Positions 10,714 through 19,308 of a stretch of DNA of 64,000 nt are shown piece after piece. The DNA comes from an uncultured virus (IMG/VR IMGVR_UViG_3300010362_000013). Lineage: Duplodnaviria > Heunggongvirae > Uroviricota > Caudoviricetes. A model generated the notes under the pieces. That model saw only the letters and a program-made list of their open reading frames with translations, was not told where the DNA came from and searched no databases. The DNA lies in the IMG/VR virus record IMGVR_UViG_3300010362_000013; one strand, 5' to 3'. Position 1 is the first letter of the stretch, and each line of letters opens with the position of its first letter. The position numbers were made by a program, and so were the translations under genes.

Positions 10714-11865
10714 ATGCTCTTCCGGTTCATTCTTGTGAATAGTAATGATATGTCGCGGATCGGCGAGCTATCACTTGCTAGCTCCAAGAAGTTTGACATC
10801 ATTCTTGGCAAACCTGGATCAGCATCGTTTACCTATCCGATGGATGCTGATTATGCAGCACTGATCCAGCCATACAAGACCGGTGTCATGATCGAGCGCT
10901 ACAACAGCAAAGCATCGATTGCGGCAGGTTATTCGGTGTGGGATTGTGTGTGGTCGGGCTATGTGCTGCCGATCGATGAACAGGTTTCTGTCAATCATAT
11001 GACGATCTCTTGTGTTGGTTGGCTACAACGCCTCGGCAAACGCATGCTGCGTCGTCAGAAGATCTACAGCAATCAGGATGATGGTGCGATTGTTGGCGAT
11101 CTGATTGCTGAAATGAATTTGACAACCGCGCCGGATGGTTACGTGGTTCCGGTTGTACCGGGGTCTTCTCCGAACACGCCGACGTGGCTGACGTGGGGCG
11201 GAACGCAGCCGAATGAGGGTGTTGGTGGTGCAACGACGTATGTGGCAGCACCGCGCAACAAGAACATGCCGATCTACGCAAACGTTTTGGCGCAGATTGA
11301 TGAATTGCAGCAGATCGAGAACGGCGGTGACATCGTTGTTGATCCTGTGACGCGCGTCGTCACTTGGCATCGCAAGTATCGTCGTGTCAAGGATGATGTC
11401 GTATATGGCTTTGAGTGGGGTCCGCAGAACGTCAAAGACTTCTCGCGCAATATCGACGCTGATGCTCAAGTCAACTATCTCGTCACTATTGGAGCGGCGG
11501 GAACGACACCACAATACGCACACAATCAGGCTCAGCAGGCGCTCATTGGCCTGTTGGAGGAGAGCGTTTCCCTTCCTGATATGAAGGATGCTGGGATGAT
11601 GCTCGCCTATGCCGGGGCGGAAGTCATCGTTCGTGCCAATGGCCGCATCACCTATGGCATCACGCCTTTTCCTTACAGCGTCGATGTTGAAGGCGGTGTG
11701 CCTGAGCCGTTTGTGAAATGGCGTGTAGGCGATCAAGTGCGACTTACTGCTGTGCATGAACCGCGTGTTGATATTCGTGGTCAGGCGATTCGTGTTTTTG
11801 GCATTAGCCTTACTATTGACGAAAACGGTGTGCCGACGATTGGCGGTTTGCAGGTGGCACCATGA
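10714..11865 (+). CDS. Minor tail / baseplate hub protein
   Basis: Follows Dit; PGSASFT, VWSGYV, GWLQRL..R and W.VGD.V patterns resemble actinophage minor tail proteins. Confidence 0.7.
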   Translation: MLFRFILVNSNDMSRIGELSLASSKKFDIILGKPGSASFTYPMDADYAALIQPYKTGVMIERYNSKASIAAGYSVWDCVWSGYVLPIDEQVSVNHMTISCVGWLQRLGKRMLRRQKIYSNQDDGAIVGDLIAEMNLTTAPDGYVVPVVPGSSPNTPTWLTWGGTQPNEGVGGATTYVAAPRNKNMPIYANVLAQIDELQQIENGGDIVVDPVTRVVTWHRKYRRVKDDVVYGFEWGPQNVKDFSRNIDADAQVNYLVTIGAAGTTPQYAHNQAQQALIGLLEESVSLPDMKDAGMMLAYAGAEVIVRANGRITYGITPFPYSVDVEGGVPEPFVKWRVGDQVRLTAVHEPRVDIRGQAIRVFGISLTIDENGVPTIGGLQVAP

Positions 11866-13187
11866 GCACCCCTGACGTAACTACACATAACCAGATTGTC
11901 CGGCCCGACCGGATGGATCTGTTGACGACTGATGATCGTGTCGTCGAGCGTCTACGTCGGCTTGAGCGCGCGTATACAGATTTGCCGACTGATTCGATTG
12001 TCTATAATGTAGCAGCAGATACAAGCTCTGTTGTCATCAGTGATCTCTCGAAGATCTCGCAGGATCGGATGATTGAAATCCTCTTCGAGGGCTTTTATGG
12101 CGGTAGCATCTACGTTCGGCCAAACGGTGATGCTAGTGCTGGAAATTACTACAATCGCCGTCACCGTCATTGGAACGATGGTGGCGCTGGTGGTCATGAC
12201 ATACAGGGACTTGAGCAGGGTGGGCTGTTGTTGGGCACGGCGGAATGGGCACCGCCGAACCAGTTGATTGCCCGAGGTGTGCTCGATACGCAAGCACGTT
12301 CGGGTTATGGTGCTGGCTGGTGGGCCGACTGGACGACCATGAACAATGTTGCTGCGCAGGTGCTTCGGACAAGTTGTGTTGGTAGATGGTTTGTGGCAGG
12401 TACGATCACGTCACTGACGATTGCATGTTCGGGCACGATCACTGCTGGTGCAAAGATCATCGTCAAGAGTGCTGAGCGTGGTACTGCTGGCCCGTCTGGT
12501 CCTGTGGGTCCGCAAGGCGTGCAAGGCCCACAAGGTGTTCAGGGTCCAGTGGGAGATCGCGGCCCAGGCGGCACGATGGAGTACTACACGCAGCCGAATA
12601 CTCCCGCTACAACCAACAATGGTGCGATTTGGATCGACACCGATGACACGATTCCGGTCGGTGGCTTTCTTGGTCCGCAGCGCGTGTCGTCATTGCCGAC
12701 GACAAATCTTTATGAAGGGCTGGAAGTCTACTACGTTGCCGATGCTGCCAATGGTGTTCTTTGGCATCTGCGTTACAACTCTGCTAGCGCTAGTAATTAC
12801 AAGTGGGAGTATGTTGGTGGATCATCGCTGTCGGCTTATGACTCCACTGATCGCAATCCGAGCGCTGGTTGGAGCGACGGCACACCGGTTGTTGGGATCG
12901 TAATCCCGCTTGCTGGTGACTATGTTGCCAACGCAAGCTGCAAGTGCTATGCCGGTGCTGTATATCAGACAGCGTTCGGGTTGGGGATTGGTGCTGGCAG
13001 TACAACTACAGTGTGGGTCGATGGGCAAACTGGTGCTAATCTTGGCTGCGCTCAAGCCATTACCGATCATCGTTTCAATGGTCTTGTCGCGGGGAACGAG
13101 ATCAGAACGAAGATCTATTCAGTCAGTGCTCAAGCAATCAATTACGGCCAGCGCAAAATCTCCGTCAGGCCGGTGCGAGTCGGATGA
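11862..13187 (+). CDS. Tail fibre / receptor-binding protein with short collagen repeat
   Basis: N-terminal coiled coil (RLRRLER), GPxGPxGxQ repeat, beta-rich domains. Confidence 0.65.
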   Translation: MSTPDVTTHNQIVRPDRMDLLTTDDRVVERLRRLERAYTDLPTDSIVYNVAADTSSVVISDLSKISQDRMIEILFEGFYGGSIYVRPNGDASAGNYYNRRHRHWNDGGAGGHDIQGLEQGGLLLGTAEWAPPNQLIARGVLDTQARSGYGAGWWADWTTMNNVAAQVLRTSCVGRWFVAGTITSLTIACSGTITAGAKIIVKSAERGTAGPSGPVGPQGVQGPQGVQGPVGDRGPGGTMEYYTQPNTPATTNNGAIWIDTDDTIPVGGFLGPQRVSSLPTTNLYEGLEVYYVADAANGVLWHLRYNSASASNYKWEYVGGSSLSAYDSTDRNPSAGWSDGTPVVGIVIPLAGDYVANASCKCYAGAVYQTAFGLGIGAGSTTTVWVDGQTGANLGCAQAITDHRFNGLVAGNEIRTKIYSVSAQAINYGQRKISVRPVRVG

Positions 13188-13190
13188 TGG

Positions 13191-13556
13191 ATGTTTGTCC
13201 TAGCGATCGAAATCTCAAATGTCACGGCGCTGTTGCCGCTGGTGATTGGCATCTTGGGATTGGGCGGGCTGATTTTCACTGCGCTCAAGTACAATCGCGA
13301 CGACACTACTGCTGTCATAGGTCAGCAGAACACGATTCTTGACAACATGAAGGCGCTCAACGAAGAAACGCGCAGCACACTCGAAGAGCTTCGCAAGGAA
13401 CGCGATGAGGCGAAGGCTGAGGTGGAGCGCCTACGCGGCGAGGTAGGCGAACTGCGCAAACAGGTGGAAGATCTCAAGACCGAGCTTCGTGTCGCTAATG
13501 CTGCGTTGACCGGCCAGGTGAGCCGAATCGAGAGGAAGCTGGAAAATGACGGTTGA
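13191..13556 (+). CDS. Membrane protein, one TM plus coiled coil (holin/lysis-accessory-like)
   Basis: Hydrophobic LLPLVIGILGLGGLIFTAL followed by a heptad coiled coil. Confidence 0.6.
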   Translation: MFVLAIEISNVTALLPLVIGILGLGGLIFTALKYNRDDTTAVIGQQNTILDNMKALNEETRSTLEELRKERDEAKAEVERLRGEVGELRKQVEDLKTELRVANAALTGQVSRIERKLENDG

Positions 13557-14508
13557 GACACCGCCACAGCCAGCAACGAATGGCAATCCAATCGAGAAGA
13601 TTCTCGGTGAGGTCAATGAGCAGGAGAAGCGTACGCTTGGCTACTCGCGCAAGCGCTTCCTGTGGACGTGGCTGCTCGGTGCTGTTGTTGCATTGTTGAC
13701 AGCGATCTCGCTGTTGCTGGCTGTCAACAATGCTCAGCACATCAACAAGAATACAGAGAATCTTGCTACTGCTGCCCATGATTCGGCTGGCCGCGCCAAT
13801 ACAAAGGGCAATGACATCTATCTGTTCCTGAGAGGACAGCGCGGCCTTCCCGGCGTCCCCGGTGCGGATGGCAAGGATGGCTCGCCTGGTCAGCCGGGAT
13901 CGAATCCTGCACTACTGCCGCCCGGACCAGCAGGTCCGCAGGGACCGAAGGGTGATACCGGTCCTGCCGGTTCAGCAGGACAGCAGGGAGCACAGGGCGC
14001 GGTTGGTGCGGTTGGTCAGACAGGACAGCAGGGAGCGCAAGGCAATACTGGTGAAACTGGCGCACAAGGCGATCAAGGTGCGACCGGAGAGACGGGTGAA
14101 CAAGGAAAGCAGGGGCAGGCAGGCGAAGCGGGAGAGAAAGGTGCAAAGGGTGATACGGGTGCGACTGGAGAAACGGGTGCCCAAGGAATCCCAGGACCAG
14201 CCGGACCTCCTGGTCCGCAAGGAGATCCTGGCCCTGCGGGACCGATTGGCCCAGCAGGCGTTGCGAGCACACAGGTTGTCAGCACAGATAGCATTGACAA
14301 CCCCGGAAACAGCAAGAGTGTTACAGCGGCTTGCCCTACAGGAACGACGATCGTTTCAGGCGGTTTTACGTTCACGCCCTCGGTGACGCAGATCGAACTT
14401 CAAGCTAGCCTTCCTGATGGAAATGGCTGGCGCATTGATGCTGCTGAAGATGGTCTTAGCGCGGCTGTGTCCTGGCATATAACGGCGTTTGCGGTATGTT
14501 CAGGATAG
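13546..14508 (+). CDS. Membrane-anchored collagen-like protein
   Basis: TM segment WTWLLGAVVALLTAISLLLAV, long Gly-X-Y run, C-terminal AxCPxG...SGG...W...AVC domain. Confidence 0.75.
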   Translation: MTVETPPQPATNGNPIEKILGEVNEQEKRTLGYSRKRFLWTWLLGAVVALLTAISLLLAVNNAQHINKNTENLATAAHDSAGRANTKGNDIYLFLRGQRGLPGVPGADGKDGSPGQPGSNPALLPPGPAGPQGPKGDTGPAGSAGQQGAQGAVGAVGQTGQQGAQGNTGETGAQGDQGATGETGEQGKQGQAGEAGEKGAKGDTGATGETGAQGIPGPAGPPGPQGDPGPAGPIGPAGVASTQVVSTDSIDNPGNSKSVTAACPTGTTIVSGGFTFTPSVTQIELQASLPDGNGWRIDAAEDGLSAAVSWHITAFAVCSG

Positions 14509-14518
14509 TTTACATAAG

Positions 14519-14621
14519 CCCTGGGGGTCGTAGACCCAGGCGTGCGCCCGTTGAGCGCTCCGGGCATGGGACTCGCCGCCCTTTGTCTGTCGAGCAGCTT
14601 GCGGGCGCACGACAATTTTTT
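14519..14621 (+). terminator. Double hairpin plus U-tract ending the tail operon
   Basis: CCTGGGGGTC-GTA-GACCCAGG, then a long stem CGTGCGCCCG(14541-50)/CGGGCGCACG(14602-11), followed by ACAATTTTTT. Confidence 0.55.
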
Positions 14622-14654
14622 GGAGGGACCAGTAATGACAATTAGGGGAAACCG

Positions 14655-14894
14655 ATGTGTAAAGTGATGGAAGCTCCGGTCGGCGTCAAGCCGAGTCCAG
14701 CGGCGCGGAGCTTGTTCAATCAGATGGTTGTGCGTGCAGGCGAGGGACTGCATCTGCCGTTGTCACAATGCCTGGCATTGAGTGTGTGTCGAGCACGCAG
14801 CGGTGAAGATCCCACGGCTTGTACGGAGATCCACGAATTGCTTGTGGCGGAATGGATCGGCCCTGCCAGCGACGGAGGCTGGCTGCTGCATTAG
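14655..14894 (+). CDS. Hypothetical protein (possibly small winged helix)
   Basis: SD-like AGGGGA before the ATG; 79 aa. Confidence 0.45.
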   Translation: MCKVMEAPVGVKPSPAARSLFNQMVVRAGEGLHLPLSQCLALSVCRARSGEDPTACTEIHELLVAEWIGPASDGGWLLH

Positions 14895-14906
14895 CCCCTG
14901 GCAGGC

Positions 14907-14922
14907 CGTAACCACGTAACCA
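14907..14922. repeat. Iteron-like 16-mer CGTAACCACGTAACCA, copy 1
   Basis: Exact copies at 22476-22491 and 51509-51524; inverted one-mismatch copy within 51439-51459. Confidence 0.85.
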
Positions 14923-14943
14923 GCGGCAGTTGAGCCGGAATCG

Positions 14944-14958
14944 TGGTATGATCCCAAT
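14944..14958 (+). promoter_or_regulatory. Extended -10 promoter TGG-TATGAT-CCC, leaderless start of helicase
   Basis: TATGAT at 14947-52, 6 nt before ATG 14959, with no SD; the same motif recurs elsewhere. Confidence 0.6.
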
Positions 14959-16515
14959 ATGCGAGTTGTACCCGTCGTCGTTGACAACGCCTTGCGCCTT
15001 GATGGAAATGTCATCGATCATGACTTGGCCGAGGCGATCTTCGACGAACTGACTATCCACAACACCGCCAAGGACATCGCTCGCAAGATGGAGCGGTGGG
15101 GATGGCAGGAAATGCCGGATGAGTTTCAGCTTGGCGCGCTCGAAGGCGATATCGTCGTCATGCCCCGAGGCTATGCGTACCAGTTGAAAACACTATTGCG
15201 GGAAGAAGGCTTGAAGGTTCAGTGGATTGATCGGCGCAAGTGGCATCGCCATGCGCCAAAGCTCGGCAACGGTGCCTTCCCCTACCGCCAGCATCAGCGC
15301 GAGGCCGTGCGACAGATCATTCGCAACCAGCAGGGCATGTACGAAGCTCCAACTGGTTCTGGCAAGACTGTTACTTGTATTGGATTTCTGACGGAGAAGT
15401 CACCATTGAAGACACTAATCCTCGTTGAGAAGCTCGATCTGCTGCATCAGTGGCGCGCGGAGTTGTCACGTTGGCTCGATATTCCCGAGGATGAAATCGG
15501 CCAGATCGGTGACGGCAAGTGGTTCGAGGGATCACGTATCACTGTTGCCACAGTGCAAACGCTTTGGAAGGCGCTCAAGGAAGATATGTTCATGCGCCAG
15601 TATCCGTATTTCTTCCATCAATGGGATTGCGTCATCATTGATGAGTGTCATCATGTGTCGGCGCAGACGATTCGCGATCTCGTTTCCCGCTTCTGGGCCA
15701 AGTACCGCTTCGGCGTCTCGGCCACGCCTGATCGCAAGGATGACAAGTTCGAGTTCGCTCTCAATGTGCTTGGCGAGGTGTTTTGGGAAGATGACGAGAA
15801 TGCTCTTCGCGCAGGAGGAGTGTTGGTGCGGCCAGTTGTACAGGTGGTCAGGACCAATTTCGATCACGTCTACTGGGGCGATCACCACAGTGATGACGAT
15901 GATGAATGTGACGTTCCAGGGTGCCGTCTTTCAGGCAAGCGGCCCCACTTTCACCAGAACAATTACGGCCAAGTCAAGAAGGCACTGGTAGAGAATCAAG
16001 CTCGCAATATACTTGTCATAGAAACGTTGATGCGCGAGGTGCATAAGGGCAAGCATCACCACCTGATCGTTTCCGATGAGGTGCGCCACTTGGAAGCTTT
16101 GCAGGAGACGCTTGACAAGCAGTACGGCCATATCTCGGCCAAATACAAGCATTCCAAGGGCCTGCCTCCGGTGTGGGTTCTCACTGGGCGTGTACGCGGC
16201 GAGAAGCGCGCTCAGATGAAGCAGGAGATCATTGACGCGCCCGCTGCGATCGTCTTTGCCACTGTGGCAAAGGAGGGCATTGACATTCCGGCGATTGATC
16301 GCATCTATCTGCCGTTCCCGACGCGCTCAGCGCCAAAGGTACAGCAGTGGATTGGACGCGGTACGCGCACGCTCGAAGGCAAATCGAGCACGCTGATTTA
16401 CGATTTCTTCGATGTCAACTGTGGCGTCTTGAAGCAGCAATTCAGAAATCGCAGGTTTCAGTGTTACGACAAGCTCGATATCGAGGTGCGCCTTGAACAG
16501 CACTATCGCAACTGA
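14959..16515 (+). CDS. Superfamily 2 (DExH, UvsW/ResIII-like) helicase
   Basis: Q-motif YRQHQ, Walker A APTGSGKT, DECHH, SATPDR, EGIDIP, QWIGRGTR. Confidence 0.92.
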   Translation: MRVVPVVVDNALRLDGNVIDHDLAEAIFDELTIHNTAKDIARKMERWGWQEMPDEFQLGALEGDIVVMPRGYAYQLKTLLREEGLKVQWIDRRKWHRHAPKLGNGAFPYRQHQREAVRQIIRNQQGMYEAPTGSGKTVTCIGFLTEKSPLKTLILVEKLDLLHQWRAELSRWLDIPEDEIGQIGDGKWFEGSRITVATVQTLWKALKEDMFMRQYPYFFHQWDCVIIDECHHVSAQTIRDLVSRFWAKYRFGVSATPDRKDDKFEFALNVLGEVFWEDDENALRAGGVLVRPVVQVVRTNFDHVYWGDHHSDDDDECDVPGCRLSGKRPHFHQNNYGQVKKALVENQARNILVIETLMREVHKGKHHHLIVSDEVRHLEALQETLDKQYGHISAKYKHSKGLPPVWVLTGRVRGEKRAQMKQEIIDAPAAIVFATVAKEGIDIPAIDRIYLPFPTRSAPKVQQWIGRGTRTLEGKSSTLIYDFFDVNCGVLKQQFRNRRFQCYDKLDIEVRLEQHYRN

Positions 16516-16711
16516 TGTCTGCCCTACCTGTCAGGGTCAAATCGTCATCGAACATCTTGAAACACGCTTTACATATGAGCGAGTTGTCACCGGTAGTCAG
16601 TCGATCGAAGAAAATCAGCATTCGTGGACTGTCGAATGTGAGAACGGTCATGTCCATAATGTTGCAGCACGCATCAACCTCAATCCAATCTGGCGGCTCT
16701 ATACGACATGA
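16493..16711 (+). CDS. Zinc-ribbon microprotein
   Basis: CPTC...CENGH. Confidence 0.55.
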   Translation: MNSTIATDVCPTCQGQIVIEHLETRFTYERVVTGSQSIEENQHSWTVECENGHVHNVAARINLNPIWRLYTT

Positions 16712-16971
16712 GTGAAACAGTCAAAGTCATTATCGAGGTATCAGCGGGATTGATCCCTGGTCAACCAGAGAATGAGTTCATGCGCCGCTGGGTCATTACG
16801 TCGGCTGAGTGGGAGAAAGCTGTACAGGACGACGAACAGGCTGATGCCGAGCATGCTTTCCATCGTTCGTTATTGCTGGCATTCCGTGCTGCCGAAGCAG
16901 ATGAGTACGCAAGACTGCTACGCAATCCTGCGCGTTTCAATTGGACACGCACTGACTGGATCTGGACGTGA
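16708..16971 (+). CDS. Hypothetical protein
   Basis: ATGA-coupled; 87 aa ending NWTRTDWIWT. Confidence 0.6.
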   Translation: MSETVKVIIEVSAGLIPGQPENEFMRRWVITSAEWEKAVQDDEQADAEHAFHRSLLLAFRAAEADEYARLLRNPARFNWTRTDWIWT

Positions 16972-17327
16972 TAAAGGATCTAGTCATCACTTGGCCTAAA
17001 ACTAAGCGACTTGACGATTACTTGCAAGCCTGTGCGACTGCTCGCTTTCATGGTCAGGACATCAACTACCGCATCAGCAAGCCGCCGTCGTTTGATTTTG
17101 GTGCGCATGCTGATCGCTCTGGTCGTGTCTACATCATTTATGATGGCTTTGTACGTGGCTATCATGAGTTGAAGTACGTCATCTACCGTGACGACCATGA
17201 AGTTCTTAGTGTTGACGGAAAGGGCTACTGGCGTGCTGGCTGGTATCTCGTTCGCGATCCAGAATGGCATGCGATTGAGCCGCTGCCGATGCGTGGCTTT
17301 CAGGGGTGGAGGTACTTTGAGGGCTAA
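16968..17327 (+). CDS. ASCH/PUA-superfamily-like protein
   Basis: RVYIIYDGFVRG and C-terminal PMRGFQGWRY motifs. Confidence 0.55.
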   Translation: MIKDLVITWPKTKRLDDYLQACATARFHGQDINYRISKPPSFDFGAHADRSGRVYIIYDGFVRGYHELKYVIYRDDHEVLSVDGKGYWRAGWYLVRDPEWHAIEPLPMRGFQGWRYFEG

Positions 17328-17769
17328 CGTCTACTTCGATGGCGGTTGTGCGCCGACCAATCCCGGTCACGCTGGCTTTGCTGTTGTCGTCAAGTATCCA
17401 GGGAGGCGCACGCGCGTGCTGTCGCGCTATCTCGGTATTCACACCAACAACTATGCCGAGTACACTGGCCTCATTACTGCTGTCAAGTATGCAAGTGAGC
17501 TTGGCTACGATCAGGTCAAGATTCACTCAGACTCGCTGCTGGTCGTCAATCAAATCAACGGCCTATGGAAAGTCAAGAGTGCTGAGATAAGGCCATTGCG
17601 CGAGAAGGCGTATCAGTGGCTCTATGGCGAGTACTTGGGTTGGTGGGAACTGGTATGGGTGCCGCGCAAGAAGAACGCACTAGCCGACCACTACTGCACG
17701 CTTGCCATCAATCACGGGCGTGGTATCAAGCCCGGAAAGATTCTTGACAAGGGTAGTCGTGTCTTTTAG
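17317..17769 (+). CDS. rnhA: Ribonuclease HI
   Basis: SD GGAGG then TTG; YFDGGCAPTNPG, TNNYAEY, SDSLLVVNQING.W, WVPRKKNALAD. Confidence 0.9.
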   Translation: MRANVYFDGGCAPTNPGHAGFAVVVKYPGRRTRVLSRYLGIHTNNYAEYTGLITAVKYASELGYDQVKIHSDSLLVVNQINGLWKVKSAEIRPLREKAYQWLYGEYLGWWELVWVPRKKNALADHYCTLAINHGRGIKPGKILDKGSRVF

Positions 17770-18166
17770 CGAATCTTATCATCAGTACTTGCTGACGCCC
17801 AAGTGGAAGGCGAAGGCAGCGAGGGCCATCAAGCGCGCCGGGAATCGATGCCAGGTCTGCGGGAACATCTACAACCTCCACGTCCATCACAATACGTACA
17901 GGAATCTGGGCAACGAGAAGCCAGAGGATCTTTGTGTTCTGTGTTCTCGATGTCATGGAGTATTTCATGGCATCATTCCTGATATAGGACGCCATTTTCC
18001 ACAGCGGCCAAGCCGTATAGCAGTGCGGGAGGCGACTGCATGCCCGACTTGTGGTGCTGCTGCTGGTGAACTGTGTTTGAGGCTGCCGACTGATAAGCAT
18101 CACAAGAAGCATCCTAGGCGTGAAGCCAATCATGTTGCAAGAGTCAATGCATATCTGGAATCGTAG
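17702..18166 (+). CDS. HNH endonuclease with C-terminal zinc finger (true start probably 17744 or 17759)
   Basis: YLLTPKWK...CQVC...LHVHHNTY.NLGNE..EDL.VLC.RCH...H, then CPTCGAAAGELC...HVAR. Confidence 0.85.
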   Translation: MPSITGVVSSPERFLTRVVVSFSESYHQYLLTPKWKAKAARAIKRAGNRCQVCGNIYNLHVHHNTYRNLGNEKPEDLCVLCSRCHGVFHGIIPDIGRHFPQRPSRIAVREATACPTCGAAAGELCLRLPTDKHHKKHPRREANHVARVNAYLES

Positions 18167-18260
18167 TATGCATTTTCTCCTACCAGCGCCCTCCCTCCCC
18201 TGTAACCTACGAGCCTTGTCAAGCAGTTGCTAAAATCCCTGGAAAGGAGGTGAATCGAGA

Positions 18261-18860
18261 ATGATCGCAGAAAGACCAAAAACACGCGAAGTTGGTATCG
18301 TCTATATTGACGAACTGGCTGCCATTCTGAACCGCGAGCAAGGCACGATTCGCAAATGGGAGCGCGAACGTCTGCCAAAGCGCCTGCATCCTCGTCGTGG
18401 TAATCGCAATTGGCGCTATTGGACGGATGCTCAGGTGTGGGGACCGTCAGGAATCTTGGCATGGATGGAGCGCAATGATATGCGTCCTGGTCCGCTTGTC
18501 ACTGATCCTGCCAAGGCCGACGAACACGTTAGAAATTTGCGTAGGCCGAAGTACCTCAACGGCTATCACATTCGTTCGGCTAAGACGTTTGTCGAGCAAG
18601 GTAAGTCGCGAGCCTGGATTGTGGAGACGCTATGGCCGCGCACCAAGTACGCTCGGCCCGAGAACCTTGAGGCGGCGCTGGTGAAGCTTTTCGCCGCGAA
18701 TGGGTGGTATTTCCCGCCACATGTCCGGCGTAAGTTGCCAGCGAAGGTCGAACGTGAAATGGTTCGCTACGAGGAGCAGTTCGAGAAGATCGCTGCAAAG
18801 GCGAAGAACAATAATCAACCGATGACAACAAAGACGACAAGACGGCGAAGGAGGAAGTAG
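18261..18860 (+). CDS. MerR-type HTH DNA-binding protein
   Basis: IDELAAILNREQGTIRKWER...PRRGNRNWRYWT; strong SD AAGGAGGTGA; TGC-TAAAAT-CCC at 18228-39. Confidence 0.75.
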   Translation: MIAERPKTREVGIVYIDELAAILNREQGTIRKWERERLPKRLHPRRGNRNWRYWTDAQVWGPSGILAWMERNDMRPGPLVTDPAKADEHVRNLRRPKYLNGYHIRSAKTFVEQGKSRAWIVETLWPRTKYARPENLEAALVKLFAANGWYFPPHVRRKLPAKVEREMVRYEEQFEKIAAKAKNNNQPMTTKTTRRRRRK

Positions 18861-19303
18861 TGGCGACAATCAAGGGAACGCGCAGCAGAGGGCGCGTTGA
18901 GCAGGATGAAGGCAAGGCCAGTCGCGCAGCAAAGATGGCGACGCATCGTGGTACGGCGACCGTGATTGGTGACGGTACGCTTGAGATCACGTTTCAATCG
19001 TCAGAGCTTGTGCCGGTGGCGCAGTTTGCCAATGTCACGATTGGTCCAATCCAGTTGCGATGGATGACCAGCAACCCTGGCATTGAGAAGCTTGGTACCG
19101 TCGATTGGGATGAAGACGATAGTCTTGACGCCGAACAGCAAGAGATCTATGACACTGTTCGTGGTTGGCTACGGGCGACTGCCAAGCTGATCGAGCATCA
19201 TATTGCCGAGGATCGCGAAATCGTTGAGGAGAGCGTGCGGCTCCATAATGAGCGCGAGGCCGAGGAAGCTGAGAAGGCGCGCAAGTCCAGCCGCCGTCGC
19301 TAG
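18860..19303 (+). CDS. Hypothetical protein
   Basis: Coupled GTG start; 147 aa. Confidence 0.6.
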   Translation: MATIKGTRSRGRVEQDEGKASRAAKMATHRGTATVIGDGTLEITFQSSELVPVAQFANVTIGPIQLRWMTSNPGIEKLGTVDWDEDDSLDAEQQEIYDTVRGWLRATAKLIEHHIAEDREIVEESVRLHNEREAEEAEKARKSSRRR

Positions 19304-19308
19304 GCGTC

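Noticed and set aside
13840..14260. Collagen Gly-X-Y repeats (also ~12490-12570 and ~50010-50140) as a DNA repeat array or DGR template
   Set aside because: The periodicity is explained by protein sequence. There is no reverse transcriptase and no adenine-specific variable/template repeat pair.
18100..18166. HNH C-terminus (HPRREANHVAR) as a duplicated RNase H end (VPRKKNALAD)
   Set aside because: The match is weak. HxxR is the expected last ligand of the CPxCxAxxGxxC zinc finger, so coincidence is more likely.
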